A stretch of 64,000 nt of DNA from an uncultured bacterium (GTDB taxonomy: Bacteria > Krumholzibacteriota > Krumholzibacteriia > LZORAL124-64-63): positions 608,001 to 672,000 of the forward strand of contig CAVSGO010000005.1 in the NCBI GenBank assembly GCA_963727525.1. The letters are read 5' to 3'. How positions within the stretch are numbered: the stretch's first letter is position 1; each line of letters opens with the position of its first letter. The notes beneath the pieces are model-generated. The model was not told where the DNA came from. It saw nothing but the letters and a program-made list of their open reading frames with translations, and searched no databases. A program made the position numbers and the translations under genes. This document shows, in pieces, positions 61,068-64,000 of the stretch.

Positions 61068-62499
61068 TCGCGCCGACCTGCGGCCGTGGCGGGATCGGCA
61101 CCTGCTGGCGGCCCTCGTCGCGGCGTGGTGCGCGCGGTGGGGCGGCCGGCCCGTGCACCATCTTGCCACGGGCCAGGGCTGGGCGACCCTGCACCTCATG
61201 GGTGACGACCGGCCCGTGCTCGTGTTCACCGCCCTGCCGGGTGCCTCCCTGGTCTTCGACCAGGCCGGTCCCCTGCCGCGGGTCCTCGCACGCGCCCTCG
61301 AACGCGGCGGTCCCACGCCGCCGGCCCTCGGTCCCGAACACATGTTCCTGGGCGCGGATCTCTTGCCAAACGATCTGGTGCTCGCGGTGCGTCTACGCGG
61401 CCCCGCGGGCGAGCGCGTGCTCCTGCACCAGCTCTTTGGCAGCCCGGGGAATACCGCCGTGGTCGAGCGCTCGGGCCGCGTATTGTGGGCCCATCGCCAG
61501 CCGTTGCACCCGTGTCTGCTCGAACCGCTGCCGGCACCCCCGCCGGAGATCCCGGAAGCGCCCGATCCGTCGGAGCGATTCCGGGACACCGGCCTGCCGA
61601 GGCTGCTGCGCCAGCGCGAGACAGCGCTCGCCGACCGCGTGCGCCGCAGCCTGCAGCGCCGCCACGCGGCCGCCCGCCGGCTGGCCGCCAACCTCGCCGC
61701 CGACCTGGGTGGCGCCGAGCGCGGCGGGGACCACCGGCGCGACGCCGAGACCCTCGCGGCCCACCTGCACACGCTCACCTCGGGCGCCGACACGGTCGTC
61801 CTGGAGGATCCCCGCGACGGCACGGCACGCACGATCGCGCTGGACCCCGCCCTCCCACCCGCGGCGAATCTCGAGCGTCTGTTCAAGCTGGCGCGCAAGG
61901 CCGACCGTGGCCGCCACGTCATCGCCGAACGGCTGGGCACGGCCACAGACGATGCCGCCGCCACCGAGGCCGCGCTGGAGCGCCTCGACGCATGCCTCGC
62001 CGCTGCCGATCCGCCGGATCCCCTCGCGCGCCTGGAGAACCTGCTCGCCTTCGCCGCGGAGACGGCCACGCTCCCCGGCGATTCCGAGTCCGCGAGTCGC
62101 CGCGCCCCCGACGAGCCCACGCGTCCGTTCCGGCGCTACCGACTGGCCGGGCACTGGGATGTGTGGATCGGCCGCAGCCGCGAAGAGAACGACGAACTCA
62201 CGCTCCATGCGAGCCATCCCCGCGACCTCTGGCTCCACGCACAGGGCGTGACGGGCAGCCACGTGATCATCCGCACCGGCGGCAAGCCCGAGCAGGTGCC
62301 CCGCGCGATCATCGAACAAGCCGCCCAGCTCGCGGCATTGCACAGCCGCGCTCGCCACAGCACCCTCGTGCCCGTGAACTGGACGCAGCGCCGCCACGTG
62401 CGCAAGCCCCGCAAGGCCGCGCCGGGCGCGGTGGTATGTCAGCAGGAGAAGACGGTGTTCGTGGCGCCCGGCATCCCGACGGGGGCGGAGCCGATCTAG
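61051..62499 (+). CDS. NFACT family protein (RqcH/FbpA-like, NFACT-R domain)
   Basis: I.LDP......N....FK..RK; IGRS..ENDELT; WLHAQGVTGSHVII; VRKPRKAAPGAV; start uncertain. Confidence 0.87.
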   Translation: MSTSSDRADLRPWRDRHLLAALVAAWCARWGGRPVHHLATGQGWATLHLMGDDRPVLVFTALPGASLVFDQAGPLPRVLARALERGGPTPPALGPEHMFLGADLLPNDLVLAVRLRGPAGERVLLHQLFGSPGNTAVVERSGRVLWAHRQPLHPCLLEPLPAPPPEIPEAPDPSERFRDTGLPRLLRQRETALADRVRRSLQRRHAAARRLAANLAADLGGAERGGDHRRDAETLAAHLHTLTSGADTVVLEDPRDGTARTIALDPALPPAANLERLFKLARKADRGRHVIAERLGTATDDAAATEAALERLDACLAAADPPDPLARLENLLAFAAETATLPGDSESASRRAPDEPTRPFRRYRLAGHWDVWIGRSREENDELTLHASHPRDLWLHAQGVTGSHVIIRTGGKPEQVPRAIIEQAAQLAALHSRARHSTLVPVNWTQRRHVRKPRKAAPGAVVCQQEKTVFVAPGIPTGAEPI

Positions 62500-62543
62500 T
62501 CCAAGACGCCCCGCTGACCCGAGCGTTTCGGGCCGTACGGAAA

Positions 62544-62567
62544 CCCCGCCACCTTTCGGCGGCGGGG
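62544..62567. terminator. Hairpin between convergent genes
   Basis: CCCCGCC-ACC-TTTC-GGC-GGCGGGG; T-run on the minus strand. Confidence 0.6.
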
Positions 62568-62622
62568 CAGCCTTATCGGACATCACTGCCGCGACGGCAG
62601 CGAAATTTTCATTTGATTCCGC

Positions 62623-63669
62623 TCAGCGGTAGATGGTCTTGATCGCCCCCCAGCTCGTCTTCTCCGTCGGCACCGAGGGGTTGATCGTGATCATGATCGA
62701 ATCGTCATCCGTACGCGCCTCGGCGTCGTGAACCAGTACCGTCACATTCACGGGGCCCACGGGAAGATCGCTGGCCTGGACCTGGATGGACGGACCATTG
62801 CCCAGCGGCGTCCCTCCGTTGTAGGTCCACTCGTAGGTGAAAGGCCCGGTGCCCCCCGTGACCTCGGCCATGAAGTCGATCACCTGGTCGTCTTCGAAGA
62901 CGGTGCCGTCCACCGGCGACGTGATCGTCACATGCATGCCGATCTCACCCTCGATCGTGCTCGAGATGCCCGGCGTATCGGGATTGTTGGAGTGCCACGC
63001 GACGGTGTAGAGGATCTGCCCGTTGGGCTGAAGTCCGTAAGGCGTCTGGCCGGGCGTGGAATCGTCGTAGAGCTCGGAACCCAGGTCGTTGGGCGTATTC
63101 ATCAGCGGATTGGCCGTATCGACCGGGATGGTGGTCAGGCTGAAGGTTCCCTGGAACGAGTCTAGACCGATCTGAGCATTGATCTCGTTGATGCCCCCCT
63201 GATAAGGCTGGTGATCCGTGCCCAGCAGAATCCCGCCACCGCGGACGTCGAGGTTGGTGTAGTAATTCTCGGTGAGATTCTGGCCCTCGCCCGTCCAGCG
63301 GCCGGACCAGTAGGACGAGATCATCCGGGCGTCGCAGATGATTTCATTCGAGGGCCGACCATTGAACCAGTTGGCGATGGCGGCAAAGTCCGTCGGGTAG
63401 TTGTCGGCGCCGGTCGAAAGGTCGAACACCCAGATCTGATCGAACGAGCCCGTCGCCAGAGCGGCCGCCGCCTGCCCGTCGGCCGACACGTTCACGTACG
63501 TTGCCGTGGCCCCTGCATTGATGAGAGTGGTGTAGATATTGGCGGCGTCCGAGTTGTATCCCCCACTGATGTTCACCATCAGCACATTGCTTGCGTGAAC
63601 CGCGTTAGCCGCGAATAGCACCGCAGAGAGAGTGATGAATATTGTTGCAATAGCTGATTTCGCGCGCAT
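62623..63669 (-). CDS. Secreted protein with PKD/Ig-like domain and C-terminal SWGxxK motif
   Basis: Signal peptide; V.ITSP.DG...GGTGPFTYEW PKD-like domain; ends VPTEKTSWGAIKTIYR; AAGGAG RBS. Confidence 0.8.
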   Translation of the reverse strand: MRAKSAIATIFITLSAVLFAANAVHASNVLMVNISGGYNSDAANIYTTLINAGATATYVNVSADGQAAAALATGSFDQIWVFDLSTGADNYPTDFAAIANWFNGRPSNEIICDARMISSYWSGRWTGEGQNLTENYYTNLDVRGGGILLGTDHQPYQGGINEINAQIGLDSFQGTFSLTTIPVDTANPLMNTPNDLGSELYDDSTPGQTPYGLQPNGQILYTVAWHSNNPDTPGISSTIEGEIGMHVTITSPVDGTVFEDDQVIDFMAEVTGGTGPFTYEWTYNGGTPLGNGPSIQVQASDLPVGPVNVTVLVHDAEARTDDDSIMITINPSVPTEKTSWGAIKTIYR

Positions 63670-63958
63670 TCGGAATCTCCTTCGTTGTCACAGACAGACT
63701 TTGTGAATTTCCAGGCGATGTGAGATTGCCAGCCAATGTTCGAACCACGGGACACTGCTTCCAAGGTGACCGTCGCCCGTCCGGTCTCCTTTTGCTCCTT
63801 CAAAAGCCAACAAAGGGGTAGGACGACGTTGAGATCCGGGGGAACGAGGCTCCCGTGGCTGCCTACTGTTCCTCGAGAACCCACCGACATGGCCAAGTGC
63901 CCTCAAGACCTCAGGGCCGGGGAATCCTCGACCAGATCTTGAGCTTGCGATGTCTCGG

Positions 63959-63988
63959 AGTTTAAAACAAGGGTGGATTGGTTGTCAA
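63959..63988 (-). promoter_or_regulatory. Sigma70-type promoter
   Basis: Minus strand TTGACA (63988-63983), 18-nt spacer, TAAACT (63964-63959). Confidence 0.6.
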
Positions 63989-64000
63989 TACGTGCGGCAT

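Overview
High-GC, gene-dense bacterial chromosomal window. It is probably from an FCB-group candidate lineage such as Krumholzibacteriota, Latescibacterota or Eisenbacteria; this is inferred from the many secreted proteins ending in FlgD-Ig/T9SS-like domains and has not been tested. Housekeeping genes include hemL-hemB-hemC, tyrS, leuS, radA-ispD, mlaEFD, dnaB, udg-coaBC-rpoZ-gmk-yicC, an NFACT gene and a standalone 5'-3' exonuclease. These are interspersed with many secreted and outer-membrane proteins. I saw no rRNA, tRNA, CRISPR array, transposase or integrase. Main observations: (1) a secreted thioredoxin-fold selenoprotein (19307-20140) that the ORF track splits at an in-frame TGA forming a UxxC motif, with a SECIS-like hairpin and a C-terminal FlgD/T9SS-type domain; (2) three unrelated secreted proteins sharing a terminal [ST]WGx[VLI]K[AT][LMI][FY] motif, a candidate protein-sorting signal that never co-occurs with the FlgD-type tail; (3) a 50-aa YxxPxL-leader peptide with its own promoter and terminator next to an ABC exporter (RiPP-precursor candidate); (4) an ~11-bp-phased DnaA-box-like array upstream of dnaB; (5) an orphan contractile-tail tube gene; (6) a frameshifted glycosyltransferase. 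All product calls come from motif recognition by eye, not database searches.
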